Shown here piece by piece: positions 1-10,684 of a stretch of 33,139 nucleotides of DNA. Where the stretch lies: sequence record SRR22947727_3624. One strand, given 5' to 3'. Below the pieces are notes generated by a model. That model was not told the DNA's origin, did not search any database, and worked only from the letters and a program-made list of their open reading frames with translations. Position 1 is the first letter of the stretch; each line of letters opens with the position of its first letter. Both the position numbers and the translations under genes were made by a program.

Positions 1-92
1 CAGGGTCTGTTCATCGAACGTACCCTATTGTTTCGAAAAGCCGTTTTGAAGCAACAGGGTACGTTCGGCGAATCAATAGGGTCCGTTCGTGG
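1..92. repeat. Composite REP-like palindromic repeat cluster (truncated by window edge)
   Basis: Contains cagggtctgttcatcgaacgtaccctattg (hairpin) followed by further arms aacagggtacgttcg and aatcaatagggtccgttcg. Near-colinear with 31174-31278. Confidence 0.75.
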
Positions 93-98
93 AAACTC

Positions 99-962
99 GT
101 GTTTTCAGTTATTGCACTTTTCGGCGCAATTCAAATAGGGAGCGCTGGAGAAACTGTAAGAATCGAGATAACCGAAAAGATTGATCAAAACACCTACCCT
201 AAATCGCTCAATGCTTGCGGACCGACGTGCATGCTGATGCAATTTCAAAACGGAACGCCGGAAATGCAGGCGGCGCATGGAAAGCTGATCGGTTCGGATT
301 CCGCAAAACGAATCAATTATTTGATCGAACGTCATTTCAAAAAGAAACGGTCGGTGATTTCTCCGGAATTGTATCGATGGGGCATCAACGGAGTTTTGAC
401 CCGCGACATGGAAGCGGCCGCAGATGATTGGATGGAGGAGAACGGACTTGATCGTCTCGATTTATCAGGCTCATGGCTGGATCGCGAGAATGTTAAAGAA
501 AAAGACTCCGAAATGGTTCGCCGAATTCATCGAATGATGAAACGATCATTGGAGGCGGGCGTTCCACCCATCTTGAGCCTGAAATCGTTTGTTGCCCGTG
601 AGAAGTTGAACAAACCGGGAGAAATGGAATGGCGGATCGGACAGCATCATTATGTCCTGATCACCGAAGTCCCTGATAGCTTAATTCGAGGAGATGAGGT
701 GACAAAAACGGTGTCGTCTCAAGGATTCAAACTTGGAATTATCGACCCGAACGGCGGGATGGAGTCGGAGATTTTTGTGTTCCACGATTCGAACGGCCAG
801 CCTTTCACGGCTCAAAAAGGAAATGGAACGCAGGGGAAATGGATTTCGGGAAAACCGTTTTTACAAGTCGCGGCACCAACGGTTCCCACCTTGAAGCCGG
901 CAAATTTGAAGTGGTCGGAACGGGTCGTGACGATTGCGAACCATCTGATGGGTAAATTTTAG
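99..962 (+). CDS. Secreted papain-like (peptidase C39-like) cysteine protease family protein
   Basis: 287-aa ORF with a hydrophobic N-terminus. ACGPTC (Cys), QHHYVLI (His) and IIDPN (Asp) occur in the order of a C39-like catalytic triad. Start codon uncertain. Confidence 0.6.
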   Translation: MFSVIALFGAIQIGSAGETVRIEITEKIDQNTYPKSLNACGPTCMLMQFQNGTPEMQAAHGKLIGSDSAKRINYLIERHFKKKRSVISPELYRWGINGVLTRDMEAAADDWMEENGLDRLDLSGSWLDRENVKEKDSEMVRRIHRMMKRSLEAGVPPILSLKSFVAREKLNKPGEMEWRIGQHHYVLITEVPDSLIRGDEVTKTVSSQGFKLGIIDPNGGMESEIFVFHDSNGQPFTAQKGNGTQGKWISGKPFLQVAAPTVPTLKPANLKWSERVVTIANHLMGKF

Positions 963-969
963 CAAAAAG

Positions 970-1644
970 ATGAAGATCGATATTGTCACCATTTTCCCGG
1001 AAATCTGCGCAGGTCCGCTTGGCGAAAGCATCATGAAGCGGGCTCAAGCTGCGGGCGCCGTCGAAATCCAAGCGCACGATCTTCGCGAATATACGACCGA
1101 CAAACATCGGAGCGTCGATGATATTCCTTATGGAGGCGGACCGGGAATGGTCATGAAGCCGGATCCGTTTTTTGCGGTAGTTCGGAAGCTGAAGACTGAA
1201 GATTCAATCGTTTTGCTGATGACTCCGCAAGGCAAACGCTACGAGCAGTCCGATGCCGAATCGCTCTCGACGGCAAAACATTTGATCATCCTGTGTGGTC
1301 ATTACGAAGGCGTCGATCATCGGGTCGTCGATGGGCTCGTCGATCAGGAGATCTCACTCGGTGACTACGTTTTGACCAATGGAACCGTCGCCGCAGCAGT
1401 GGTGGTCGATTCGATTGTGCGCTTGATTCCCGGCGTACTCGGCGACGAACGATCGCCCGTGGAAGAAAGCTTCGGCGGCGACGGAAAATTACTGGAAGCC
1501 CCGCAATACACGCGCCCCGCCGATTTCGAAGGCATGAAAGTTCCTGATATCTTGTTGAGCGGCCACCACGGAAAAATCGATGAATGGCGGGCTGATATGG
1601 CGAAACAACGAACCGCCGAGAACCGTCCGGATCTGTTGGATTGA
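970..1644 (+). CDS. trmD: tRNA (guanine37-N1)-methyltransferase
   Basis: Motifs VDDIPYGGGPGMVMKP, LCGHYEGVDHRV, EISLGDYVLTNG, LLEAPQYTRP and LLSGHH. Confidence 0.98.
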   Translation: MKIDIVTIFPEICAGPLGESIMKRAQAAGAVEIQAHDLREYTTDKHRSVDDIPYGGGPGMVMKPDPFFAVVRKLKTEDSIVLLMTPQGKRYEQSDAESLSTAKHLIILCGHYEGVDHRVVDGLVDQEISLGDYVLTNGTVAAAVVVDSIVRLIPGVLGDERSPVEESFGGDGKLLEAPQYTRPADFEGMKVPDILLSGHHGKIDEWRADMAKQRTAENRPDLLD

Positions 1645-1664
1645 TTCAGTTCATTTAAAGCGCC

Positions 1665-2898
1665 CTAACCTGCGGATCGTCCATACAACGTCGCAAAAGC
1701 GAGGAGTAGAATCAGAATGCCGAAACGCGGTCGCTCCCAAAATAGCCGCTTACCCTTCAGGCAAAGTGAAGCCACCCGCCAGGCGTTCAAGCATTGGAGC
1801 AAATAGTAGAAGGCGAAGGCGCGCGATGCGATGCTGATGATCTGGAAAATATCTGCAACCCAGACGAGAGCGATCGCTGTGCCTGCGATCAACAGATAGC
1901 CGGGGCGGGATTTGATTTTCTTATTGGTTTCCTCCTCTAAAAAGCCCGCCACCCCCAACAGTATCTGCAACAGCGGCACTAAACTGACCCATCACAGCGG
2001 CGATAATCAGCAAAAACGGGAGCCATGGACTGACAAATTTGGCCAGTTCGACGATGGCAGTTTCGTTTGGAGTCGTATTTTCAAGGTGTGGCAGAAGCGG
2101 CAAAGCCAAAAAGACGAATGCCACGTAAATTATTCCGGAGATAATCTGTGCGCGACGCATCGTTTTAACCCGAACCTGGCTATCGTAGGCGGCGCCAAGG
2201 TATCGCGAGGTTTCGGATCCCTGCACGACAAGCAAGATCCCTGCGAGCATTCGCAGTTTTTCGAACCAGCTCACATCAAGAGACGGGATTCCATGCTCAG
2301 TGGCTTCCCCCAGCGTCTGGACATCGAACATTGTCAGCCCTACCAGCAGACCCGCGATGATTACGAGCTTCAACGTTACTGAAAGGGATTCCAACGTCTC
2401 GAGGGATCGTAATCCTTTTAAAAAACCAATCACACCAATGAAAGCGAGAATCGCCGTTGTAATTAGATTCGCATAAAAATCACTTTGCTCGCCCGCGTCC
2501 AGATTGTACATCACGAACGATGAAAGCAACCTGAGATAAAACGCGACCGATACAATATAGGCGACCGAAAGCGTGAAATTGGATATTTTTTCGAGGACGA
2601 ATACAGAATGTGGCGTTTGTGATCGATCCTCCAACGCGGGCTCAAGGTGGACAATATTGAAACGGATGACGCCTCCAATGAAATACGCCACAACAACAAT
2701 CGCCAGCATCGCAATGGGCGCGGCAGTTCCCACGATCACTGCCAATAATGGGGTAGCCACGAGAAATCCGCTTCCGATAATCGAAGCAAGAGGTGTGACC
2801 GTAGGCAACTAGGTCGCGGAATTTCGCAATCGGGGCATTGGCATCCAAACAGCAACCCCAAGCGCTACCAGCAAAATAGATCCATCCGTGAATGTCAT
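1665..2898 (-). pseudogene. Disrupted polytopic membrane protein (APC/amino-acid permease-like family)
   Basis: From ATG 2898 it reads MTFTDGSILLVALGVAVWMPMPRLRNSAT*LPTVTPLASIIGSGFLV, with an in-frame TAG at 2809-2811 (likely from TGG). ORF 1921-2808 follows. A +1 frameshift in the A5 run at 1939-1943 then joins ADTVGGGGL to LEEETNKK of ORF 1665-1979. Confidence 0.8.
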
Positions 2899-3009
2899 AT
2901 GATGCAGTAGCTGTCGAGGGCATCACCCAAATCGTCAATTCATTGGGTGCCAGAGGATCGTCTGATTCGCCGATTGCGCCCATTCAATTCTTGGCTACAA
3001 TGCCGCGCT

Positions 3010-3762
3010 GTGAGTTTTGAAACCATATTCCCGCTCAGTCATGGGCTCCGCACCGACGCCGATCCTTCCGGGGATGGCGTCACCATTATCGTTCCGTTTT
3101 ACAACGAGGTGGACTGTGTTGAATTCGTCCTGCAGGAAATTCGCGATTGTCAGCCGGATGCGGAATTGATCGCAGTCGATGACGGCAGCTCAGATGGTAC
3201 GTGGGAAAAAATGCTGACGATCGAAGGGGTCACTCCAATTCAAATGACCGAAAACCGGGGGCAAAGCGCCGCGATCTTTGCAGGAATCCGCGCAGCGAAA
3301 GGTGAGATCTGCGTGCTGCTTGATGGGGATGGGCAGAATGATCCCGCGAATATTCAGGAGCTGGTCGACGCTGTAAAATCAGGTGAATTCGATGTCGCTT
3401 GCGGTCGTCGCGCTAAGCGGAAAGACACGTGGAGTCGTCGCGCCGCCTCGCGAATTGCAAATCGAGTGCGGCGGACTTTCATTCATGATGGAATCAGCGA
3501 CACGGGCTGCTCGCTCAAGGTTTTCAAAAAAGACTGTATCGATCTGTTTGTGCCGTTTAACGGAATGCACCGGTTTTTGCCTGCGATTTTCACAAATGCA
3601 GGGCTGAAGATTACGGAGATCGATGTGAATCACCGCGAACGAAAAGCGGGCGATTCGAAATACACGAATTTCGACCGGGCGATCCGTGGGATTTACGATT
3701 TGGTCGGCGTTTGCTGGCTGCTGAAGCGCAAGATTATTTTTCCTCCTCTGAAGACGAAGTAG
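3010..3762 (+). CDS. Glycosyltransferase family 2 (polyprenol-phosphate glycosyltransferase/DPM1-like)
   Basis: Motifs [42 protein letters not shown] and GMHRFLPA. Start uncertain (GTG 3010 chosen; the ORF opens at 2947). Confidence 0.92.
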   Translation: MSFETIFPLSHGLRTDADPSGDGVTIIVPFYNEVDCVEFVLQEIRDCQPDAELIAVDDGSSDGTWEKMLTIEGVTPIQMTENRGQSAAIFAGIRAAKGEICVLLDGDGQNDPANIQELVDAVKSGEFDVACGRRAKRKDTWSRRAASRIANRVRRTFIHDGISDTGCSLKVFKKDCIDLFVPFNGMHRFLPAIFTNAGLKITEIDVNHRERKAGDSKYTNFDRAIRGIYDLVGVCWLLKRKIIFPPLKTK

Positions 3763-4360
3763 TCGCGGCGGCTTCAACTCTTGGTTTCCCATAGATAAAC
3801 CAAAGATTCCGGACGTAGATGAACCACCCGGTCGCTTGCCCAAGAAGGCCGATAGGCTCTTTCCGCCAGAGGAAATAGATCAGCAGCATCGAAGATCCCA
3901 GCAAGCTGAACCACCAAAAAACGGGAGGGACGACGGAAGTTTTTGCTTTCTCACTGGCCCGCCACTGGATGAGTAGTCGGCCCATGAACACGGCCTGCGC
4001 AAGTAAGCCAAACAGCAACCACAACAAACCCGATGTCCCAGTGACATCAAGTATCCGATAGATTCGTGGAAGGTCTTTTTCCCTACGAAGCAGTTCTGCC
4101 GCGAATTCCTCGGGGGTCAGAGTTCCTTCGTCTCCACCGAAGAGATCACTGAAAACAAAAACTACTTCCCCATCCCGCTCTTCGACATCCAGCGTTGCAA
4201 TCCGGTCGGACATGTTAAAATTGCCTCGCGCAGGTTCGCCGGGAGCTGGGATTTTGCCGCTGAGATAGAGCGATATCCAAATCCCAGCCGGAATCAAGAG
4301 GATCAGCAGGATGACAACAAGTAGACGGCGTTTTCGGCGGTTGAGCATTCGTTTCCGCAT
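3734..4360 (-). CDS. Lipid-A-disaccharide synthase N-terminal (LAB_N) domain membrane protein
   Basis: The C-terminal [38 protein letters not shown]...IYVRNL is the LAB_N pattern. N-terminal TM anchor. ATG 4360 or 4348 is the likely start. Confidence 0.85.
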   Translation of the reverse strand: MRKRMLNRRKRRLLVVILLILLIPAGIWISLYLSGKIPAPGEPARGNFNMSDRIATLDVEERDGEVVFVFSDLFGGDEGTLTPEEFAAELLRREKDLPRIYRILDVTGTSGLLWLLFGLLAQAVFMGRLLIQWRASEKAKTSVVPPVFWWFSLLGSSMLLIYFLWRKEPIGLLGQATGWFIYVRNLWFIYGKPRVEAAATTSSSEEEK

Positions 4361-4434
4361 TGTTGCGGCAGTATCCCCGAATGGCAAAATGAAATCGCTT
4401 GAAGTGAAGAGCTTTTTCGCTTTTGAATGCATTT

Positions 4435-4815
4435 ATGAATGGAGCCCCCCTACCCTGCACCACCCCGCGTCCCGGCGTCGACAAATGGTTCAGGATTTAT
4501 ATGGGAGTAAGTTTTGTGTTGTTGATCCTCCTGGCGATTTTTTGCTTTGCGGTTCCCTTCATTCCTTTCCCGGACATGACGGCGGACGACAAGATGACGG
4601 CCAAAATCATGGCACCAACCTATGGAGTCGCGATGATTATCAGCATGGGAATTTTCGGTGTCAGCTTGTTTACCAAGCCGAAGCCATGGACTTGGGTTTA
4701 CAATCTCGTTGTGATTTGTCTGGGATTGACCAGCTGTTCGATGATCTTCTGCATCCCACTTTTGATTTTCTGGCTGAAGCCGGAATGCAAAAATTATTAC
4801 GGTCGACCTGCCTGA
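4435..4815 (+). CDS. Hypothetical membrane protein (about 3-4 TM)
   Basis: Hydrophobic ORF ending PLLIFWLKPECKNYYG, co-oriented and tightly spaced with downstream genes. Confidence 0.7.
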   Translation: MNGAPLPCTTPRPGVDKWFRIYMGVSFVLLILLAIFCFAVPFIPFPDMTADDKMTAKIMAPTYGVAMIISMGIFGVSLFTKPKPWTWVYNLVVICLGLTSCSMIFCIPLLIFWLKPECKNYYGRPA

Positions 4816-4827
4816 CCTGATCTTCTG

Positions 4828-5175
4828 ATGCCTCATTTACGAATTGAAACCTCGATTGCTGTCGATCCTTCCAAGATTGAATCGCTTCTCGCCGAAGCAG
4901 GAAAACTCGCCGCAGAGGAACTGGGAAAATCGATCGATTACGTGCAGGTCATTTTTGAAGATGGGAAGAAAATGCACTTTGGGGGCAGCTCCGAACCCAC
5001 CGCGTTCGTCAGCTTAATCTCGCTTGGAGTTGACGCTGAGCAATCAGTCACGCTTTCGACACTTTTCTGCGAGTGGTTACACGATAAGCTTGATATCAAT
5101 CCCGCCCGTGTCTTTTTGGTGTTCCACGAACATCCCCGCAGCCATTTTGGTTGGAATAAAAAGACCTTCGCGTGA
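4828..5175 (+). CDS. MIF/phenylpyruvate tautomerase family protein
   Basis: 115 aa with N-terminal Pro (MPHLRIETS), LGKSIDYVQV, MHFGGSSEPTAFV and C-terminal FGWNKKTF. Confidence 0.9.
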   Translation: MPHLRIETSIAVDPSKIESLLAEAGKLAAEELGKSIDYVQVIFEDGKKMHFGGSSEPTAFVSLISLGVDAEQSVTLSTLFCEWLHDKLDINPARVFLVFHEHPRSHFGWNKKTFA

Positions 5176-6002
5176 TGAGCCCGACTAACTTTCAGCAAAT
5201 CGCACGCGATTTGGATTGGGTTCTGCGGACGCCGTTTTTGCTGAAAGGCCAACCATCAATTTCTCCTCCCGCGCCTGGTTCCGCGATCTTTGAATCGGAC
5301 GCTTTTCTGGAATTTTTTGTGGCCGCTCCACGATCCCATCGGGTTGGATACTACTTCGAATCGTTGGTCCATTTCTGGCTGAAGGAAATTCGGGGCGTTG
5401 AAATCGTGGAGCACAATCTCCAGATTCAGGATGGCAAACGCACCGTTGGAGAATTGGATTTCGTATTTCGTGACGAAAACGGCGAATTGAATCATTGGGA
5501 AGTCGCCATAAAATTCTATCTTCATGCTGCCACTGAAAATTACAGCGGTAGCCATTTTGTTGGGCCCAATGCCAGAGACACACTTGAGCGGAAACACGCG
5601 CGTTTTATCGATCATCAGCTTCCGCTCGGGAAAGCAACGATTCCGGAGATTGCTCATCAGGCTACCTTCGTGAAAGGCCAAATTTTCTATCACCCAACGG
5701 ATCGGGATCCAGTGATTTCGCCACTATTGGCCGAAAACCACCAACGCGGTTTTTGGTTTCGCCAATCAGAAACCGATCTTCTTGAAAACTTTCAGGGTGC
5801 TGAATCGTTTCGAATCCTGCAAAAGCCCTCCTGGCTTTCCGGCTCGAGCGCGGCTGCCGTAAATTATGCATCGATTTCTGATTGGCTGAAGACTCATTTC
5901 ACAGAGTCCGACCATCCCGTTTTGCTCAGCGCCCTGGATTTCACCGAAACCGAAACTGCCCGAATTTTTGTGGTGAACGATCGCTGGCCCGCGATAGATT
6001 GA
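5172..6002 (+). CDS. DUF1853 family protein (PD-(D/E)XK-like)
   Basis: Motifs RVGYYFESL, NLQIQDGKRTVGELDF, HWEVAIKFYL and GPNARDTL. Overlaps the previous stop codon (GTGA). Confidence 0.88.
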   Translation: MMSPTNFQQIARDLDWVLRTPFLLKGQPSISPPAPGSAIFESDAFLEFFVAAPRSHRVGYYFESLVHFWLKEIRGVEIVEHNLQIQDGKRTVGELDFVFRDENGELNHWEVAIKFYLHAATENYSGSHFVGPNARDTLERKHARFIDHQLPLGKATIPEIAHQATFVKGQIFYHPTDRDPVISPLLAENHQRGFWFRQSETDLLENFQGAESFRILQKPSWLSGSSAAAVNYASISDWLKTHFTESDHPVLLSALDFTETETARIFVVNDRWPAID

Positions 6003-6011
6003 AGCTAATTA

Positions 6012-6275
6012 ATGTCAGCGGATTACTACATGTGCCCCAGGTGTGACCGCGAAGTCCGGGTTGGTTCAGCCGGATGTCCCAAATGCAACGCGGGTGAAGA
6101 CCTCGATTTTGACGGCGATGGATTGGATCTCGATTTGCAGGAAGATGATCTTTTCTATTACGACAAGTTTGTCGAAGAAGAGTTTGGCGGCCTCCCCAAG
6201 AAGACATTCAAAGAATGGTTTTGGTGGGCTGTTGCGCTCATCACTCTGATCGCCTTTCTCTTTCTGGTTCTTTGA
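6012..6275 (+). CDS. Small hypothetical protein with CxxC...CxxC zinc ribbon and C-terminal TM helix
   Basis: CPRC...CPKC, acidic linker and hydrophobic C-terminus. Confidence 0.75.
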   Translation: MSADYYMCPRCDREVRVGSAGCPKCNAGEDLDFDGDGLDLDLQEDDLFYYDKFVEEEFGGLPKKTFKEWFWWAVALITLIAFLFLVL

Positions 6276-6282
6276 AAGAACA

Positions 6283-6323
6283 AAGCAACCGTATGCGTTC
6301 GATGAGCCAACCCTATCGGTTCG
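6283..6323. repeat. REP-like palindromic repeat (degenerate copy)
   Basis: gcgttcgatgagccaaccctatcggttcg matches the family's right arm. It lies between convergent genes. Confidence 0.65.
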
Positions 6324-6335
6324 TGAAAATCAAAA

Positions 6336-7244
6336 TCACGATTTTTCCGCCAATGCAGCCATTACTGCTTTCTGAGCATGCAGTCGATTTTCGGCCTGAT
6401 CGAAGATCTCATTTTCGCGAGCTTCGAGAACCGATTCGGTGATTTCTTTGTCCCGATACGCAGGCAGACAATGTTGAACGATCGCGCCATCGTTTGCGAG
6501 CGAGAGCAATTCATCGTTAATCTGAAATGGAGCGAGAATTCTCAGGCGATCAGCAGCTTCGTCTTCTTTCCCCATGCTGACCCATGTATCAGTGTAAAGC
6601 ACGTCGGCTCCGGTTGCGGCAGCTTTTGCGTCATCTGTAATTGTCACCGGGGTGTAGTCGCCAATTCGCGACATGAAATCCGATGCGGGCTGAAATTCTT
6701 TCGGCGCAGCGATAACCAATTCGAAACCAAGCCGAATTGCTGCCCATACCCACGAACGACCCATATTACAATCGCCATCACCAAAAAATGCCACTTTCGT
6801 GCCTTCCCAACCACCACAGCGTTCGCGAATAGTCAGCAAGTCGGCCAAGATTTGGCAGGGATGTTCCTCGTCGGTCAGGGCATTAATCGTCGGAATCTTG
6901 CTGTATTTCGCAAAGTCTTCAACATCCTGCTGATCAAATGTCCGGATGATTGCCCCATGAACCATGCGGCCCAACACACGAGCAGTATCTTTGATCGGTT
7001 CGCCTCGACCAAGCTGCATGTCATTTGAATTCAGGAAAAATACCGAACCGCCGAGTTCGCGAACACCCACTTCAAAACTGACACGAGTTCGGGTCGATGA
7101 TTTGCTGAATATCATAGCCCACGTCTGACCCGCCAATGGCTGTTCTGCGTGAGAACCGCGCGTTGCTTTCAATTCGGCCGCGCTGTCAATGAGACCTTCG
7201 ATCTCAGCTGCGGTCAGGGATTCAATAGAGAGCAAGTTTTTCAT
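6336..7244 (-). CDS. argF: Ornithine carbamoyltransferase
   Basis: Motifs SSTRTRVSFE, HPCQILAD, DTWVSMG, HCLP and AENRLHAQKA. Last gene of the arg operon. Confidence 0.97.
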   Translation of the reverse strand: MKNLLSIESLTAAEIEGLIDSAAELKATRGSHAEQPLAGQTWAMIFSKSSTRTRVSFEVGVRELGGSVFFLNSNDMQLGRGEPIKDTARVLGRMVHGAIIRTFDQQDVEDFAKYSKIPTINALTDEEHPCQILADLLTIRERCGGWEGTKVAFFGDGDCNMGRSWVWAAIRLGFELVIAAPKEFQPASDFMSRIGDYTPVTITDDAKAAATGADVLYTDTWVSMGKEDEAADRLRILAPFQINDELLSLANDGAIVQHCLPAYRDKEITESVLEARENEIFDQAENRLHAQKAVMAALAEKS

Positions 7245-8497
7245 TTCAAATTGGTGAGGACGGTGTGAAAAATTGACAACGCCTCGTCCACTTCGGCGTC
7301 AGTTACGTTCAGGGCGGGCAGCCAGCGCACCACATTCGCTCCGGCAGGAACGGTGATAAGTCCAGCATTGGTCAATTCGTCGACCATAAATAAACTGCAA
7401 ACAGCTCGGCTCGACTCTGAAAAAGCAGCTGTTTTAGCAATGGCCTCATCGTTCATGCTGAAACCGAGCATCAGTCCAAACCCGCGGACTTCGTCCACAA
7501 ACGGGGAATTCCAGTTCGCGACGACCGCTTTGATCCGCTGACATTGGCGTTCCGCATTTTCAGCGAGCTTTTCAGACTCGATGGTTTTCAGGACAGTCAA
7601 GGCAACGACCGATCCGAGTGGTGTTCCGCCAAAAGTCGAGCCATGCGTTCCCGGCCCCAGAACATTTTCGCAACGTGCATTAAACCAAACGGCTCCCATC
7701 GGAAATCCGCCGGCAATTCCTTTTGCCCAGCTGACAGCGTCCGGTTGAAAATCGATCCCCGAATCGCGAAGCGCGGTTTCGTATCCGTTCCAATCGCCTG
7801 TCCGGCCAAATCCGCATTGGACTTCATCCATCATGAGGAGCAATCCGTGTTGGTCCCGCAATTCCATGGCGGTTTTGAAAAATTCAGGCGTCACCGCATT
7901 GATTCCCCCCTCGCCTTGCAACGGCTCAAACAAAATCGCCGAAGTTCGCGGGCCGACTGCATTCTTCAACGCTTCGCAATCATTCAGCGGAATATGAGTA
8001 AATCCTTCAAGGAGCGGTTCGAAACCGGCCTTTACTTTGTCCTGCCCTGTCGCAGCAATGCCGCCAAGTGTTCGACCGTGAAACGAATTCGTGCAGGTGA
8101 TCACTTCAAAGCGGCCATTTCCAGCGTCGTTTCCGAATTTCCGAGCGAGCTTGATCAGCGTATCATTCGCCTCAGCTCCGCTATTACAGAAGAAAACTTT
8201 TCCAGGCTGCCTGATAACTGTTTCAGTAATGAATTGAGCCAACTCGGCCTGCTCGCGAATATGGTAGAGATTCGAAGTATGAATCAGCTTGCCTGCCTGA
8301 TCAGCAATCGCTTTTTGCATTGCCGGATGAGCGTGTCCCAGCGTGTTTACCGCAATCCCCATTCCAAAATCGAGGAATTCACGACCATTTTCATCCCAAA
8401 TCCGCGATCCTTTACCATGAGTGAAGGCGATCGGAAAACGACCGTAGTTTCCCAACACAAATTCTTGCGAGAGAGCAGCTGTTTCTTGAGAGATCAT
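7241..8497 (-). CDS. argD: Acetylornithine aminotransferase
   Basis: Class III PLP aminotransferase motifs FCNSGAEAN, FHGRT, EPLQGEGG, DEVQCGFGRTG, AKGIAGG and HGSTFGG. Operon context. Confidence 0.93.
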   Translation of the reverse strand: MISQETAALSQEFVLGNYGRFPIAFTHGKGSRIWDENGREFLDFGMGIAVNTLGHAHPAMQKAIADQAGKLIHTSNLYHIREQAELAQFITETVIRQPGKVFFCNSGAEANDTLIKLARKFGNDAGNGRFEVITCTNSFHGRTLGGIAATGQDKVKAGFEPLLEGFTHIPLNDCEALKNAVGPRTSAILFEPLQGEGGINAVTPEFFKTAMELRDQHGLLLMMDEVQCGFGRTGDWNGYETALRDSGIDFQPDAVSWAKGIAGGFPMGAVWFNARCENVLGPGTHGSTFGGTPLGSVVALTVLKTIESEKLAENAERQCQRIKAVVANWNSPFVDEVRGFGLMLGFSMNDEAIAKTAAFSESSRAVCSLFMVDELTNAGLITVPAGANVVRWLPALNVTDAEVDEALSIFHTVLTNLK

Positions 8498-9366
8498 GAC
8501 TCTGATTTTACGATTTCGGTTCCGATTCCGGACTCGGTAAAAATTTCCAGCAACATAGAGTGGGGAATCCGACCGTCGACCATGTGAACTTTGCCAACAC
8601 CGGCATTGAGGGCATCAACGGAAGAGCGCACTTTCGGAATCATCCCGCCTGCGATCGTCCCGTCTTCGATCATTGCCTCAACGCTTCCCGATTGGACGGA
8701 TGAAATCAGAGTCGATGGATCATCCTTGTCTTTGCACAAACCGATAACATCACTGAGGTAGACCAACTTGGCGGCTTTCAATTTTGAAGCCAACGCGCTC
8801 GCCGCAAGATCCGCATTTACATTGAGGGGGAGTTTCGTGTCTACTTCCGAAGCAACGGGCGAAACGACCGGGGTAATTTCAGAAGCCAGAGCAGCTAGGA
8901 CTTTCGACATATCAAAATCAACGACTTTTCCAACTCGTCCGAGATCAGGAATTCGTTCCCCAACAAAAACTTCATTTCCAGCCACACCAAGAGCACGGCC
9001 GCCGAAATCATTGATATTCGAAACCAGCCCCGGATTAATGGTCTGGCTGAGCGTTTTCTCGACCAATATCATCGCTTCGTCCGTCGTGACCCGCAATCCA
9101 TTCACAAACTTGGGCTTAAGCCCGGACTCCGCCATGGCTGCTGAAATTGCTTTGCCGCCTCCATGAACCAAAACAGGATTGATCCCTGCAATTTCCAGAA
9201 AAACCACATCGCGAAGCAGATTCTTAACCCTTTCCGGGTCATCCATCGCAGAACCGCCCACTTTGATGAGAAAGGTCTGACCGCGAAATTGCTGAAAGTA
9301 CGGAAGGGCTTCAAGCAGGACCGCTGCTTTGTCGATTTGTTGCTGAAAATCCGGTGCGCTCATCAA
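8494..9366 (-). CDS. argB: Acetylglutamate kinase
   Basis: Motifs [32 protein letters not shown] and GGMIPKV. Confidence 0.97.
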   Translation of the reverse strand: MMSAPDFQQQIDKAAVLLEALPYFQQFRGQTFLIKVGGSAMDDPERVKNLLRDVVFLEIAGINPVLVHGGGKAISAAMAESGLKPKFVNGLRVTTDEAMILVEKTLSQTINPGLVSNINDFGGRALGVAGNEVFVGERIPDLGRVGKVVDFDMSKVLAALASEITPVVSPVASEVDTKLPLNVNADLAASALASKLKAAKLVYLSDVIGLCKDKDDPSTLISSVQSGSVEAMIEDGTIAGGMIPKVRSSVDALNAGVGKVHMVDGRIPHSMLLEIFTESGIGTEIVKSES

Positions 9367-9420
9367 AAGGGAAGCCGGAAATTTCGGCGACTTCCATGAT
9401 TAGTCAAAGCCTGATCGAAC

Positions 9421-10656
9421 TTAGCCTTTCATCTTCGAAGCAGCATATTCGGCCCGATTGAAATCCACGTATTCGGGAGAGAGATCAGCCGTCCAGATAT
9501 TGAATTCGCCAGCCCCCAAGTTAAGATCGATTCCGATCGAAAACTTGTCGTTTTTCACAACATCAATCAGCTTTTCCAAGGGGGTCTTTTTGGCAGTCAT
9601 TCCATTTTTGGCAGCAATGAGCCCATCGAAGTAAATGTCCACCGCACCTTCGCAAACTTGAGCGCCGGCATAACCAACTGCATGAATGATCCGGCCCCAG
9701 TTCGGGTCTTCACCATTCCACGAGCATTTGCAAAGATTTGAATTCGCTACGGCGCGCGCCACCAACTGAGCATCCTTGTTGGTCTTTGCTCCACGAACCC
9801 GGATATCGACGAGCTTGGTAACTCGCTCACCATCAGAGACCATTTTCTTCGCCAACCGGATCATGACTTCCTGAAGCGCAGCACGAAACTCCGCACTCCC
9901 TTCGCCTCGACGGCTGATTTCCTTGTTTTCAGCACGCCTGTTTGCCATCACAATGACGGCATCGTTCGTGCTGGTGTCACCATCGACGGTGATCCGATTG
10001 AAGCTTTGTTCTACGGCTTGTTTGGTTGCCGCAACGATCTCGGCCTTGCTGACATTGGCATCGGTCGTCACGAAACACAGCATCGTCGCCATGTTGGGAT
10101 TGATCATTCCTGCACCTTTCGCGCACGCACCAATCCGAACTGTTTTGCCACCAATCTCGAATTCAACAGCCACTTCTTTCGGCCTTGTGTCGCTGGTCAT
10201 GATAGCCTGGGCTACATCACAGCTTTCCTGATTGAGCGCCTTAACCAGCTTCGGGATATTTGGCTCAATCCGATCCATCGGCAATTCCATTCCGATGATA
10301 CCGGTGGAGCATACCTGAATTTCGCGCTGAAGAATTCCAAGTTCCTTGGCTAAAAGCTTGGCGGTTTTGCGAACATCGCGCATTCCAGCAGGTCCAGTAC
10401 AAGCATTGGCGTTGCCACTATTGACGATGATAGCCCGGGGCTCGGCCTTCTCTAAATTGTTAGCTGAAAAATCGACGCACGCTGCACGGACTGCATTTTG
10501 AGTAAACAGCGCTGCTGCAACCGTCGGATATTTGGAATACACGAGCGCCAAGTCGAGTCGCTTCACTTTTGGGTTTTTAATTCCGCACCCAACAGCGGCG
10601 CAACGAAATCCTTTGGGCGAGCAAACGCCTCCTTCAATGAAATTTAGGTCCTTCAA
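9421..10656 (-). CDS. argJ: Bifunctional glutamate N-acetyltransferase/ornithine acetyltransferase
   Basis: Motifs NSGNANACTG, STGIIG, IMTSDT, KGAGMINPNMATML, VDGDTSTND and DPNWGRI. TTG at 10656 is the probable start because the longer ORF overlaps argC. Confidence 0.96.
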   Translation of the reverse strand: MKDLNFIEGGVCSPKGFRCAAVGCGIKNPKVKRLDLALVYSKYPTVAAALFTQNAVRAACVDFSANNLEKAEPRAIIVNSGNANACTGPAGMRDVRKTAKLLAKELGILQREIQVCSTGIIGMELPMDRIEPNIPKLVKALNQESCDVAQAIMTSDTRPKEVAVEFEIGGKTVRIGACAKGAGMINPNMATMLCFVTTDANVSKAEIVAATKQAVEQSFNRITVDGDTSTNDAVIVMANRRAENKEISRRGEGSAEFRAALQEVMIRLAKKMVSDGERVTKLVDIRVRGAKTNKDAQLVARAVANSNLCKCSWNGEDPNWGRIIHAVGYAGAQVCEGAVDIYFDGLIAAKNGMTAKKTPLEKLIDVVKNDKFSIGIDLNLGAGEFNIWTADLSPEYVDFNRAEYAASKMKG

Positions 10657-10684
10657 TGGTCTGAAATTTTGGTGTTTACAAAAA

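Noticed and set aside
7544-8587. Long antisense ORFs (e.g. 7544-8587, 6378-7028, 27766-28521, 30586-31167)
   Set aside because: They are shadows of well-supported genes on the opposite strand and have no motifs.
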